A DNA stretch of 64,000 nt, from IMG/VR virus record IMGVR_UViG_3300021964_010723; one strand, written 5' to 3'. This DNA comes from a virus (taxonomy: Duplodnaviria > Caudoviricetes). Positions 11,101 to 21,100 of the stretch are shown here, piece by piece. The stretch's first letter is position 1; the number at the start of each line of letters is the position of its first letter. A program made the position numbers and the translations under genes. The notes below the pieces were generated by a model. It saw nothing but the letters and a program-made list of their open reading frames with translations, had not been told where the DNA came from and did no database searches.

Positions 11101-13549
11101 ACCCAACGAAACAATAATATGTAAATACCGATACTAGCTCTACTCTGCCTCTGTTGAGTATATATGCTCCTATTCCGTCACTAATCACTTGCGTAAAGTC
11201 ATTTGCTACAAGTGATCGATTACCACCATTGTGTAAGTCTCCGTCTATATGAGCCCCAATACAACCTACCCCTATAGTAGTTACGCCCTGGATATATGGA
11301 GAACGATTTTGAATCCATACAGATTGATCATCTGGTCCCCATCCAGGATCTAAACTAACAAAAGCACCTCCCGAAACTCGTGTGGTTTGAATTTGGGAAC
11401 GTTCCCCTGTAATTGTTCCTGTTAAGCCTTCTGTTGTACAATTTCTTACTCCAGTAATATCTCTAACTAGGAACATGTTTTCTTTTTCTGATCCAATAAT
11501 ACCATTTACATACAAATTTGAGTATCTTTGAGTTTTGTAATTACCTTCATATCTAAAATCATATTCGTAAGCTTCGAGAAAAAGTAACATGTCTTTTACT
11601 AATTTGTCTTCATCAATAGGTACTATTGATATTGATTTACTGTAAATCATACATTCAGTAGCTAAGTAATTTGCGTTATCTCGTATTAAACCCGCTGCAA
11701 GTATAAATTCATTATTTGCTAAATTATTACTTCCTGTAATTGTAATATTGGTATTTTCACCTTGTAATAATAATTCTATGCTGTCCGTAATTTCGTCTGT
11801 TAAATTAGCATAATAATTTATTAACTCTTGTTCATTATTGAACTGAGCTGATAACGTTACTGGAGTAAAAGGATTATCATCGTGTGTATCTGGTAAATTG
11901 CCTGCTATTATTGTTGTAAATAACGATCGTCCATATGCAAGACTATTATATATAACAGTCGAATTATTTTCTCCTGCACCTTTTGCAACTATGTTAGTAG
12001 ATCTTAATTCGTCTCCCATTACTACTGTCATTTTAGGCACAACTATTGGTAATATTTCTTCATATCGACCAGTACTCACAGAAATTTTACAAGGCATTAT
12101 GTTCCTTGTTTCTACAAATCTACATGCATAATTGATTGTTTTAAAAGGATGATAAGGATCTAAACCTCTATCCGATGCATCAACACCAGTAGGTGTTACG
12201 TAAACAACTGTGGTTTCTGTTTGGTGTATAGTCCTCCAAAAAACACTCGATTCTTGATTTATAGATAATAATTGATCGTAGTCTCCAATATTAACTGCAG
12301 TAGGTCCAATTGTACTTGTGTCGCCTACAAATTCTCTTTGGAAATCATATGTTAATAAATCGCCAGGATTGTTCATACCAGCTTCGCTACCGCTTTGAAC
12401 AACTAAATCCCAATAAAAAAATCCTTTACCATTATCGCCAGGAATATTTACTATTGCTGAAATATGTGTTGTATTGCATCTCCATGTTTCACCTAAAAAA
12501 TAAACTAAATCATTAATCACATATCTAGTTTGATTTTTCCAAAAATTTGTCCATTTTTGACCCGGTATAAACAGTTTCCAAGAATTTACATCTTCGAGAT
12601 CGTCATACGAAGGATCTGCACCTGTAACTCGGACTGCTCTATATACTTGACCACCTGCTTTAGCTAAATCTCCAGGTTTATAAGCCTGTTCAACACTGAA
12701 TTCTCCAGTAAATGCTACTGATGCGAGTAAAATTTCCCAATAAGATATACTATCATCATTAGACGCCGGTGAAACAGCATAGTTTTCAACTAAACATATA
12801 TACAATGTACCACCAAAATTAACAATATCTCCTACACCATAATATACAGTTTCGTCCCAAACATCTGCAAAAACATAACCAGGTACAACTAATTCAAATT
12901 TATGTCGGTCAATTTCATTACCACTAATGTGAGATTCTAGTACTACATATATACTACCGCCAAAATTTACATAGTCATTTTTCTTATAAAAAGTGCTAGC
13001 TTCAAAATCTCCTACAAACATGTTACTATCTGTAAACAACGTCCAGTCATTAATATTATTTTCTAAAAAATTGCTCGATGTATGAGAAATCACACATTTA
13101 TAATTAAGTCCATTATATTTTACAATAGCTCCAGCACCGTATTCTTTATTTGCAATCCATTCTTTTACATATTCTTGTCCACTAACAAAAAGCTGCCAAT
13201 TATTATTATCATTTACAAATGTAGTAGAATAGTGTCCTGATATAGCAAGCCAAAGAGATCCGTCAAATAATACAATATCTCCTTCTTCATACTGTTGATT
13301 ATTAGTCCATCTTCCTACAAATGATTGCCCGCCAGTCATCAAAATCCAATAAGGATCTGGAACTGGTGGAGAACTTTCTGGAATCGTTGCTTTTAGATCA
13401 ATGTTAAAATCTGCATTAGAAACATGCTGTTTGATACACACATAACTTTTACTGTTTACATTAACAACATCATCTCTGTTATAAGTAGTCCCTGGTAACC
13501 ATGGACCTGTCCAATTATACTTAAATCTTTCTAGTTTAAATTCTGACAT
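8108..13549 (-). CDS. Giant virion structural protein (1813 aa), paralog of 1-8070
   Basis: Shares MxEFKL start, W/Y-rich N-terminal repeats, VMGDELRS, SLDPGWGPDD, NDFTQVISDGIG, GHDFLDIGTGNF, TDQDGNFR and PTQRAI motifs with the 2689-aa protein. Confidence 0.75.
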   Translation of the reverse strand: MSEFKLERFKYNWTGPWLPGTTYNRDDVVNVNSKSYVCIKQHVSNADFNIDLKATIPESSPPVPDPYWILMTGGQSFVGRWTNNQQYEEGDIVLFDGSLWLAISGHYSTTFVNDNNNWQLFVSGQEYVKEWIANKEYGAGAIVKYNGLNYKCVISHTSSNFLENNINDWTLFTDSNMFVGDFEASTFYKKNDYVNFGGSIYVVLESHISGNEIDRHKFELVVPGYVFADVWDETVYYGVGDIVNFGGTLYICLVENYAVSPASNDDSISYWEILLASVAFTGEFSVEQAYKPGDLAKAGGQVYRAVRVTGADPSYDDLEDVNSWKLFIPGQKWTNFWKNQTRYVINDLVYFLGETWRCNTTHISAIVNIPGDNGKGFFYWDLVVQSGSEAGMNNPGDLLTYDFQREFVGDTSTIGPTAVNIGDYDQLLSINQESSVFWRTIHQTETTVVYVTPTGVDASDRGLDPYHPFKTINYACRFVETRNIMPCKISVSTGRYEEILPIVVPKMTVVMGDELRSTNIVAKGAGENNSTVIYNSLAYGRSLFTTIIAGNLPDTHDDNPFTPVTLSAQFNNEQELINYYANLTDEITDSIELLLQGENTNITITGSNNLANNEFILAAGLIRDNANYLATECMIYSKSISIVPIDEDKLVKDMLLFLEAYEYDFRYEGNYKTQRYSNLYVNGIIGSEKENMFLVRDITGVRNCTTEGLTGTITGERSQIQTTRVSGGAFVSLDPGWGPDDQSVWIQNRSPYIQGVTTIGVGCIGAHIDGDLHNGGNRSLVANDFTQVISDGIGAYILNRGRVELVSVFTYYCFVGYMAENGGTIRATNGNNSYGEYGSVAIGIDDAETPQTATVNNRTTQASVYSAFAGEISDDTGELDRLLIFEYSHCGENYLNATATVVGAGNFVNTKYDNFRQGGIKQIRLLEPQDSTRIGGLGYTNVKNNAQEGTDSTILLSATDLRTAEDYVGQRLVITSGPGTGQYGYIQAYDDDENSVDYRTATIYKESDDTLGFDHIVPGTVIEPLLTASTTYSIEPRVTIPHPGYDTTLSSIGQSKLWTDITWGITTEQFLISLDFGEGETDGVVAARAALTITKTGSVYSVALDDPGAGYAVGETYTIVGSSIGGNDEENDLNIKITEVTDDSTASIVAFDFDGLGLPGKFVVISDGNFVSVSVDGVNWSEYTLPTIQTWNKVINGDGIFLAIPTGQSSIIARSTTATAWSSVVLPSSLNIKDIAYGDGVFVILTNSNTSYYSTNGTTWSTSLLTNAITTDWTVITYGYDKFIALSDAEAIATGVYENGVLTWTVTGNIIPVNPNTSNPCEFRNMIYLAGHISALTIDNLIVSCITETLETWTVYDNLPLGNWTKISQGNGLYFLTTAYEGNLIGISEDGINWRTEELPLGTNRWNAISFGYTGNTSYTYCCISYNDSDLVLIDTGKQALARTKIASNTIEEVVIWDPGSGYKDNVNYSTEIFYDNQWVSQAFVTLRFGLNVLSQPSFINRGIGYRSSTTRVTIEGDGFADIIPSNEVDLVIDGLARYPGPGAQLRITGILDEDEDPEDEILRILTLVTITPLGSDGTLADTFRAQIRVSPKIQNKDFLTHGRSVEIRERYSQCRVTGHDFLDIGTGNFEQTNYPELYAGGAFFIAKPEQEVIELSGGRVFYVSTDQDGNFRTGELFAVEQATGIVTISADFFSLDGLSELALGGVRLGGSGTVIREFSTDPVFFADSDNVVPTQRAIIQFIQERISAGGGEVLTNELIAGQVRVGTTENIISTTTGFKVNFDKRMDFYGVSNKGVKGTPLALSYYLRNFDT

Positions 13550-13552
13550 CTG

Positions 13553-13927
13553 TTAATAACCTTCTGTAGATACACCTTCTTCATATGTGTGAGTTGCATT
13601 AATTTTGATAGATAATCTACCATTATCGTCAACATAATAACTTAAAAAACGATTATCCCATTTAAACTGAGGATATCGTAAATTTGAATATTCTATTTCA
13701 TGATTTACAGTTACACCTTCTAAATAATCAATGCCTTCTTCAAAGAAAGGATAATTATCTTCACCTGCACCTATGTCATTTATTATTAACGCATCATCGT
13801 CTGTCCCTAGTTGATCAACTATTACAAAATACAATTCTCCGTCTTGATTTCTACGCAACCCATAAAAATATCTTTTTATAAAACTTTGATTAATATCTGA
13901 CGGTGTAATTCCAATAAAATATGACAT
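13553..13927 (-). CDS. Hypothetical protein (124 aa), probably virion-associated
   Basis: Tightly packed ORF in the minus-strand late operon. Confidence 0.6.
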   Translation of the reverse strand: MSYFIGITPSDINQSFIKRYFYGLRRNQDGELYFVIVDQLGTDDDALIINDIGAGEDNYPFFEEGIDYLEGVTVNHEIEYSNLRYPQFKWDNRFLSYYVDDNGRLSIKINATHTYEEGVSTEGY

Positions 13928-13940
13928 AAAAAAATCCTTT

Positions 13941-14261
13941 TTAAACCGTTACATAACTTATTAAAACATCTAATGATTGTTCAACGCTTGATTGAACATA
14001 AATTGTATTTGACGGAACTAAGACTAATTTTTCTCCAGTAGAAATTAATCTTAAACTTGTACCTGATGCAATTATAGTGTTTTTTAAATAATGAACTGTT
14101 ATATTATTTTCATTCTCTAATAAAACTGTTGCACTTACTGCTGTATTTGTTACGTTAGTAATAGCAAGGCCTATTACAGTTGTTTTTTTTGTAGATTGTA
14201 AAACATTTACTGGTGTTTTACCTATAAGTTCAACACTATTATTTTTAATGTCTAAAGCCAT
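13941..14261 (-). CDS. Small beta-rich structural protein (106 aa), paralog-like to 25544-25927
   Basis: Pattern TTVIGLAITN...EKLVL resembles TTVMVCN...EKIVL in the 127-aa ORF; TAAATA upstream. Confidence 0.55.
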   Translation of the reverse strand: MALDIKNNSVELIGKTPVNVLQSTKKTTVIGLAITNVTNTAVSATVLLENENNITVHYLKNTIIASGTSLRLISTGEKLVLVPSNTIYVQSSVEQSLDVLISYVTV

Positions 14262-14292
14262 GAATATCTTTCATTAAAAAGCAATTATGTAT

Positions 14293-14298
14293 TATTTA
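14293..14298 (-). promoter_or_regulatory. Late promoter core TAAATA
   Basis: GATAAATA in the intergenic gap about 30 nt upstream of 14261. Confidence 0.5.
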
Positions 14299-14346
14299 TC
14301 TAAAGATTTTTATATACAATCTTGTATATTTAAAGTGCCTATTTTT

Positions 14347-15096
14347 TTATATACCCAAACGGGTCTTATTATCTTTATAAAAATCTTTATGAATTTGATA
14401 CATTTCTTCTAAAAAATTGTGTAAATGTTTTACATTAGGTGTTTTACCTTGTTGTAATAATTCGTCGCAACTTTTAATGTAATTAAACACATAAAATTTA
14501 GCAGTCATTGGATGAATACCCCATTGTTCCAAATGTCCAAATGTTCCACGAGTAATAACTCCATGTTGGCTTACATCTTGGACAGCCTGCTTGAATGCTG
14601 TTTTTATATGATCTTCTATACTAGCTCGGTCCATGGCATCATCAGTTATCTCATCAGGTATGTTAAATGTTTCTTTCATTCTAATTGCTGCATTATTATA
14701 ATGCGATATTTCAGATATTGCATTTTGAACATATCCTTCTAATTTTACATAATCAGTTTGATGTTTTAATAGTTTTACTTCTTCTAATTTTGTTAAACTA
14801 TTTTTTGCAGATAATTTATCAATTTTAATTTTAAGTTTTTGTAGATTAAAAAAACTGTCTAAAGCTCCTTCTAAACGACTGTTCATTTGACTAAAACATT
14901 GTTTATACCAAATTAATACACTGTCTCCGCTAAAAAGTAAATTTCCTATTTCTAATTCATGTTTGGTTTGCGGTGTGCCTATAGTCCTTTTCATTAGTTC
15001 AACTTTGTTGAGCATTGGAGCTAATGATTCTTGTAACTGTGCTAAATTTTTTTCTAAATTTTCTAGTTGAAATTTTTTCTTTTCGATTAAATCCAT
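14347..15096 (-). CDS. Hypothetical coiled-coil protein (~249 aa; start revised to MDLIEKK)
   Basis: The track start (15165) lies inside the upstream gene. ATG at 15096 follows that gene's stop and a TAAGGG SD-like motif. Heptad-rich N-terminal half. Confidence 0.6.
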   Translation of the reverse strand: MDLIEKKKFQLENLEKNLAQLQESLAPMLNKVELMKRTIGTPQTKHELEIGNLLFSGDSVLIWYKQCFSQMNSRLEGALDSFFNLQKLKIKIDKLSAKNSLTKLEEVKLLKHQTDYVKLEGYVQNAISEISHYNNAAIRMKETFNIPDEITDDAMDRASIEDHIKTAFKQAVQDVSQHGVITRGTFGHLEQWGIHPMTAKFYVFNYIKSCDELLQQGKTPNVKHLHNFLEEMYQIHKDFYKDNKTRLGI

Positions 15097-15103
15097 GTGT
15101 CCC

Positions 15104-16777
15104 TTATACGCCTGGTCCTCTTGCTTTCGCTCCTGAAGTAACACTTGTTGATCCAAAATAAACAACTGATCCTCCAGAGCTTATGCTAAATTTTTGCCAT
15201 CCGGATGTAGATCCGCCATGAAAACACTGATCATCTCTATCTGAAATATTTACTCCGCTGTCTATGCCAGTAATACCTAACCAATTGTTTGTTTGACTAT
15301 TGGTTGCAAAAGCATACCTGTTAATCGCGTTTAAAGGGGTATAAGGACTGTTTCCGTAGTTGCCGCTTATGCAATTATATGTGTCATTGCCAGCTGCTTG
15401 CATTACATACATTACTGTCGGAAGTCCTGGACCGCTAGTAACACTACAAGAACTAATGGTTGTTCTCCATGTTGCGCTTGTTCTAAAACTATTATTATCT
15501 CCTGCTCCTGCTTGTATGTAATCAATAAAATCACTTGAACAAAAACTGTGCCTTGTTCCTGTTACTGTACCTTGTCCGCATAATGCTGAGCTGGCACTTG
15601 CATAATCCTGCTTAGATTGTTGTCTAGTATTACTGCTTCCATTCCAACCACCATAATACATTAGTTGAGTCTCATTTCCGTCTGCCATGCCATAAGCATG
15701 GGTATAGGTTGTATTACCCCATACAACAGCATTAGCTGTAGTAGACAGATCTTTTTTATCACTATTAGTTGTATTTGCTCCAGTGAAACATGAAACTATC
15801 ATGTAGTACCCGTTAGTTCCGCCACAACCTCCACCGCTGTTTGTTGTTGTTAGTGCTCCTGCTGTGACTTCATTGCTCATTGTAGAAAATGATCTCTTAT
15901 GGAAATCTTGTGTGTAAAATCCTCCTTGCAACCATGCATTTGCAGTTGTGTTAGGCATAATTGATGTATCGTTAATTGCAATTGACACTGTATTCACACC
16001 CCAAGCGGACTGAACTCCAGTTTGATCTACTGATCCAAGTGTTACATTAAATGTTTCTGTGTTTTCGTCAGTTTGATCTGCTCGTATTCTTAGAATTATT
16101 TTTGCTTTGTAAGTAATAGGATGGAATGTTATATACGATGTATCTAATCTGTATACACCTCCAGCAAATACTGATTGGGTACCTACTGCAGCATAAGCTC
16201 TATATTTATAATTTACAGCATCTATGGCAACTGGGCCGCCTGTTGCGTAATTCCAAGCAATTTCGCCAGCAGAAAACAAAGGCCAATTGTCATAAATTAT
16301 ACTATCTGTAGCAGTCAATGCTTCAACTGTTGTACCAGCACTACTAACTAAACGCCATTCATAAATATTATTACCTAAATCAACCAATTGAATATATGTT
16401 CCTCCACTTTCTGTTAAATCATAATAAACACGAGGAGAAGCTTCAAAATCGTCATAAACCAATCCATCTGCTGTGTTACCAGTTCCAGGAGAATTTTGAA
16501 CCCAAGATCCCGTTATTTGAAAATTGTTGCTACCAGATGCAGTTGTGTTGTGAGGAAATGTGCCTGTTATTTCTATTGCAGAACCTTCGTCTACGTTACC
16601 AGTAGTTATACTTACTGATGCTCCTTCTTTTCCGTAGAATGAACTTGCTAATTGCAGGCGTGTTCCAGGGGTTTGGAATATATATTGGGCAATAGATGTT
16701 GCAGAATATGGAGGAGATGCTCCAAATGATGTTGCTATATCAGCAAAGCTTATCCTTCCAGATGTAGGTAATGTCAA
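15104..16777 (-). CDS. Tail-fibre / receptor-binding-like protein (557 aa) with C-terminal Gly/Thr-rich propeller-like repeats
   Basis: N-terminal MTLPTSGRISFADI...SSFYGK pattern typical of phage fibre-associated proteins. S/T/G/N-rich composition; AAGGA SD. Confidence 0.5.
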   Translation of the reverse strand: MTLPTSGRISFADIATSFGASPPYSATSIAQYIFQTPGTRLQLASSFYGKEGASVSITTGNVDEGSAIEITGTFPHNTTASGSNNFQITGSWVQNSPGTGNTADGLVYDDFEASPRVYYDLTESGGTYIQLVDLGNNIYEWRLVSSAGTTVEALTATDSIIYDNWPLFSAGEIAWNYATGGPVAIDAVNYKYRAYAAVGTQSVFAGGVYRLDTSYITFHPITYKAKIILRIRADQTDENTETFNVTLGSVDQTGVQSAWGVNTVSIAINDTSIMPNTTANAWLQGGFYTQDFHKRSFSTMSNEVTAGALTTTNSGGGCGGTNGYYMIVSCFTGANTTNSDKKDLSTTANAVVWGNTTYTHAYGMADGNETQLMYYGGWNGSSNTRQQSKQDYASASSALCGQGTVTGTRHSFCSSDFIDYIQAGAGDNNSFRTSATWRTTISSCSVTSGPGLPTVMYVMQAAGNDTYNCISGNYGNSPYTPLNAINRYAFATNSQTNNWLGITGIDSGVNISDRDDQCFHGGSTSGWQKFSISSGGSVVYFGSTSVTSGAKARGPGV

Positions 16778-16787
16778 TTGTTCTTCC

Positions 16788-17462
16788 TTATGTTATTGGT
16801 GCGTTTTCAAATGCAACTACATCATTTAACGCTGAAAATTGTCCATTTGTAGTAAGTCTTGCTACAACTGAACCTTGATACGAAAACAAAAGATCATTAT
16901 TCCCATTTACAGATAATGTCCAATTTAATGCTGATAAAGGATTTGTTGTAACAGTAATTTGTCCATTTACATCTGATGTCAAAATGCCTTTGGTTGCACC
17001 AGTTGGAAGGTTAAAAGCACCTAAGAAACCCTGTAAATTTGCATCATACGCTTGTACTCCATTTGTTGCATTAATATTAGAAGGTGTGAGGTAAGTGCTT
17101 GTTACATCATCAATTGATTTAAATCCAAACTGTCCATTTGTTGTGCTTACTAACACTAAGTCTCCGCTAACAAGTGGAGAATTTGTTGTCGTGTCCACAT
17201 TACTTAATTCTTGTAATGTATCTATCTGACTGTCAAAAAAGTATGTTCCGGTACCTACTGTTGTACCATCTCCTGCACTCTTTAACACCAAATTTGCAGT
17301 AATGTGGGGACTATTTGTAACATTATCTATACCTCCTAAGACTTGTAATTGGGTAGGATTGTTAGAAATTATGTTCCAACCCGTTCCGTCAAATTCCCAT
17401 AATGTACCAGTTGCCGAATATGTATCACCTGCAGTAGGCGATAAAGGAAAATTCAAAGCCAT
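16788..17462 (-). CDS. Tail-fibre-like protein (224 aa)
   Basis: MALNFPLSPTAGDTY...WEFDGTGW N-terminal motif common in marine myophage fibre proteins. Confidence 0.5.
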   Translation of the reverse strand: MALNFPLSPTAGDTYSATGTLWEFDGTGWNIISNNPTQLQVLGGIDNVTNSPHITANLVLKSAGDGTTVGTGTYFFDSQIDTLQELSNVDTTTNSPLVSGDLVLVSTTNGQFGFKSIDDVTSTYLTPSNINATNGVQAYDANLQGFLGAFNLPTGATKGILTSDVNGQITVTTNPLSALNWTLSVNGNNDLLFSYQGSVVARLTTNGQFSALNDVVAFENAPIT

Positions 17463-17465
17463 ATT

Positions 17466-18143
17466 TTATCCTAATGCTATTGTATATGCAATTGCCGCTG
17501 TTTGAGTAACACCTATTCCTGTTATAGTGATCTCGTTGTTGATTTCATTTGGTGAAATAGTTATATTTTCTCCTGCTACAAATGTGACAGTGTCTGAGCC
17601 AACAGCATTTATAACAGTTGCACCAACTTGTATATTGGCAAATACATCAAAATCTCCAACTACACCAATAGATGGTTGTATCCATTGCGAGCTGTCAACA
17701 TCAACTATGTAAACATAAAATCTACCATTATCTGAATTCATCCATATAGAACCGTTTACTGCACCTGTTGGAGGAGTATTTTGGACTAAGATTGTACTAC
17801 CTGTTGCAGTAGTTACTGCTCCAGTTACTTCCATATCTCCATTTACAATTACCCTGTCAAAAGTTGTTGCAGGTGTAAATTCTAAATTACCAACTGTAGT
17901 AGATATAATGTTATCATTAATAGTGACATCATCTATAACTGCTTCTCCTGATCTAACTGTAGTAGATTGGACTGTTCCGTCAATGTCAAACTCATACGAT
18001 GGATTAGTTTTTTTAACACCTATCCTATTATTTGCCGTATCAAAATGTAAAAGGGTGTTGCTGTTATTAGTAAAGGTAAGATCAATTCCATCTCGTTCTA
18101 GTGTTGGTGTTAAAAGCTGTCCACTAATCCTTCCTACTGCCAC
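17466..18143 (-). CDS. Virion structural / fibre-like protein (225 aa, GTG start)
   Basis: AAGGAG SD and TAAATA upstream; MA(V/L)GRISG N-terminus shared with 21320-23563. Confidence 0.6.
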   Translation of the reverse strand: MAVGRISGQLLTPTLERDGIDLTFTNNSNTLLHFDTANNRIGVKKTNPSYEFDIDGTVQSTTVRSGEAVIDDVTINDNIISTTVGNLEFTPATTFDRVIVNGDMEVTGAVTTATGSTILVQNTPPTGAVNGSIWMNSDNGRFYVYIVDVDSSQWIQPSIGVVGDFDVFANIQVGATVINAVGSDTVTFVAGENITISPNEINNEITITGIGVTQTAAIAYTIALG

Positions 18144-18170
18144 TTGTGTTCTCCTTAAGAATTACTACAG

Positions 18171-18176
18171 TATTTA
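18171..18176 (-). promoter_or_regulatory. Late promoter core TAAATA
   Basis: CTAAATAC followed by AAGGAG and the GTG start at 18143. Confidence 0.65.
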
Positions 18177-18187
18177 GCGTTTAACGA

Positions 18188-21100
18188 TTATGGACAGGTT
18201 CCCCAAATAGGTTTATGAATGTTCCAGAGTTTGCCGCCAGCATTAAACCAAAATGGTTCACTTGTGATAAGGGTTACACACCAACCACGAAGATCGTAAT
18301 TGAAATCGCAATTTTGAAACATATTATACATAGCGGTAACATTACTTGTATCCCACCCGCCAATATCTTGATTGAATATACGGGCATTATTAAACATACT
18401 ACCCATATCAGTAACAGAACTCGTATCCCAACTGCCAATATCCGGATCATTAAAGGTACTGTTCCACTGAAACATACTATTCATGTTAGTTATTGGTTCT
18501 CCAGGTAGAGTATAAATTCCGTCATTAGGTTTGAATCTATAACCACCTGCTGGTGCAGAGTTACTTCTCCATGAACTGTAAGTTGGATCTGTAGCTGTAT
18601 TGGTAAGTGGGTAATAATTAAGTGTTTGACCCCACAATGGTTTAGTTGTCCAACCAGCACCATAATAGTGGAATCCAGTTGGTTCAGAAGCTATGTTACT
18701 TACATCCCACCAGCGTAGATCTTGATTGAATGCATATCCATAGGCAAACATATATGCCATATCAGTTACATTACCAGTATCCCAACTGCTAATATCTTGA
18801 TTAAATCCAGTTAATCCATAAAACATACCATACATAGTATTAACTGAACTCGTATCCCAATTGCCAATATCTTGATTAAATGCACCGGCATAAATAAACG
18901 TCACATACATACTAGTAACTGTACTGACATCCCAAAGACGAATATCAGGATCATTAAAGGAACCGTTATTTCTAAACATACCATGCATGCTAGTTATTGG
19001 TTCTCCAGGTAGAGTATAAATTCCATCATTAGGTTTGAATCTATAACCACCTGCTGGTGCATAGCTACTTCTCCACGCACTGTGAGTTGGATCAGTAGCT
19101 GTGTTTGTCAATGGGTAGTAAGTAAATGTTTGTCCCCATAATGGTTTAGTTGTCCAATTGGTATTTAGGCTGAAATCTGTCGGTGCTGCAGCTATGTGGC
19201 TTACATCCCACCAGCGTAGATCTTGATTAAAATTGTTTGCGTCCCTAAACATGCTCACCATATCAGTAACTGAACTGACATCCCAATTGCTTATATCTTG
19301 ATTAAATGTAGGTGTTTGATCAAACATACTCCTCATACTAGTAACTGAACTTGTTTTTATACCCCAAGCACCAATAGGTTGATTGAACACAGACATTTTT
19401 TGGAACATAAAACTCATATCGGTAACTAAACTGACATCCCAAAGACCAATGTCTTGATTGAACGCACTTGCATTATCAAACATAAAACTCATATTAGTAA
19501 CAGAACTTACATCCCAATCGCCAACGGGTTGGTTGAATGCAGTTGCAATGCTGAACATAGCGCTCATATTAAAAACTGAACTGACATCCCAAGCACCAAT
19601 GGGTTGATTGAACGAACTTGCAGTGCTGAACATAGCGGCCATATTAAAAACTGAACTGACATCCCAAGCACCAATAGGTTGGTTAAATGAAGTTGCACCG
19701 TTGAACATGTAAGCCATATCAGTAACTGAACTGACATCCCAATCGCCAACGGGTTGGTTGAATGCAGTTGCCATACTAAACATAGCATTCATATTAGTAA
19801 CTGTACTTGTATTCCAAAGAACAATATCAGGATCGTTAAATGTGTTATTTGAAGCAAACATTGAATACATATTAGTAATAGGATCTGTTATATCTGTGAT
19901 ATAACCTCTACCTGCAATCCATGTAGCTGAACTAGGAGCATTATTAGAACGCCAATTCAAATCAGTAGGATCAGTTGCCCCTGAATTAGTCATAGGATAG
20001 TATTTTAGTTGACTTCCATCTCTACCAAACAGTGGGAATTTCCTAGGCGTAGTGGATAATTTATTACCAAAACTAAAGGCACTAGGTATTGTATCAATAG
20101 GCATACTTGAGGTATTCCAACTGGTTAGATCTTGATCAAAACCAGGGTATCCTATATAAGCTTCCCAAGTTGCATCATAAGGAGTCCCAGATCCATTAGC
20201 AAACATATACTCCATGGTCGTTACATTACTAACATCCCAATTACTAATGTCTTGATTGAATCTTAGATGTTGACCTTGGCCAAAAAACATACTCTCCATA
20301 TTGGTCACATTACCTACATTCCAACTCCCAATAGGTTGATTGAATTGCAATGCATCCCAAAACATACTACGCATACTGGTCACATTACTAACATTCCAAG
20401 AACTAATATTTTGATTAAATGTCTGTGCACCTTGAAATAAGCCATACATAGTAGTAACAGCACTGACATCCCAATGCTGCAAATCAGCGTCATTAAAAAA
20501 ACTATTGTTGGAAAACATTCCAGTCATATTAGTTATGGGATCAGCTAAATCAGTAATGTATCCTCTATTTCCAATCCATGTAGCTGAACTAGGAGCGGCA
20601 TTAGAACGCCAATAAGAACCAGTAGGATCAGTTGCCCCTGAATTAGTCATAGGATAGTATTTTAGTTGACTTCCATCTCTACCAAACAGTGGGAATTTCT
20701 TAGTAGGTAATGGCGAATCAAAATTAAAATTATGTGGAGTAGTATCGAGAGCCATACTTGTAACATTCCAACTACTTAAATCTTGATCAAATGTGGCGTT
20801 TTCACGGAACATACTATCCATATCAGTAACTGAACTGACATCCCAACTACTAATATCATAATTAAATGCATGTGCAGCAACAAACATATATCTCATACTG
20901 GTCACATTACTAACATTCCAACTACTAATATCTTGATTAAATGCTGATGCAGCAACAAACATATTACCCATATTAGTAACAGAACTTACATTCCAACTTC
21001 TAATGTCTTGATTAAATGCATTTGCTTGGGTAAAAATCGCAAACATATTAGTAACTGAACTGACATCCCAACTACTAATATCAGGATCGTTAAATGTAGT

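Noticed and set aside
14312-14329. ATATACAA-TC-TTGTATAT hairpin as a terminator
   Set aside because: All-AT stem with a 2-nt loop and no U-tract on the coding strand; too weak to call.
18487-20699. Diversity-generating retroelement TR/VR pair
   Set aside because: Both copies are in frame within one gene, the differences are not adenine-specific, and no reverse transcriptase is in the window.
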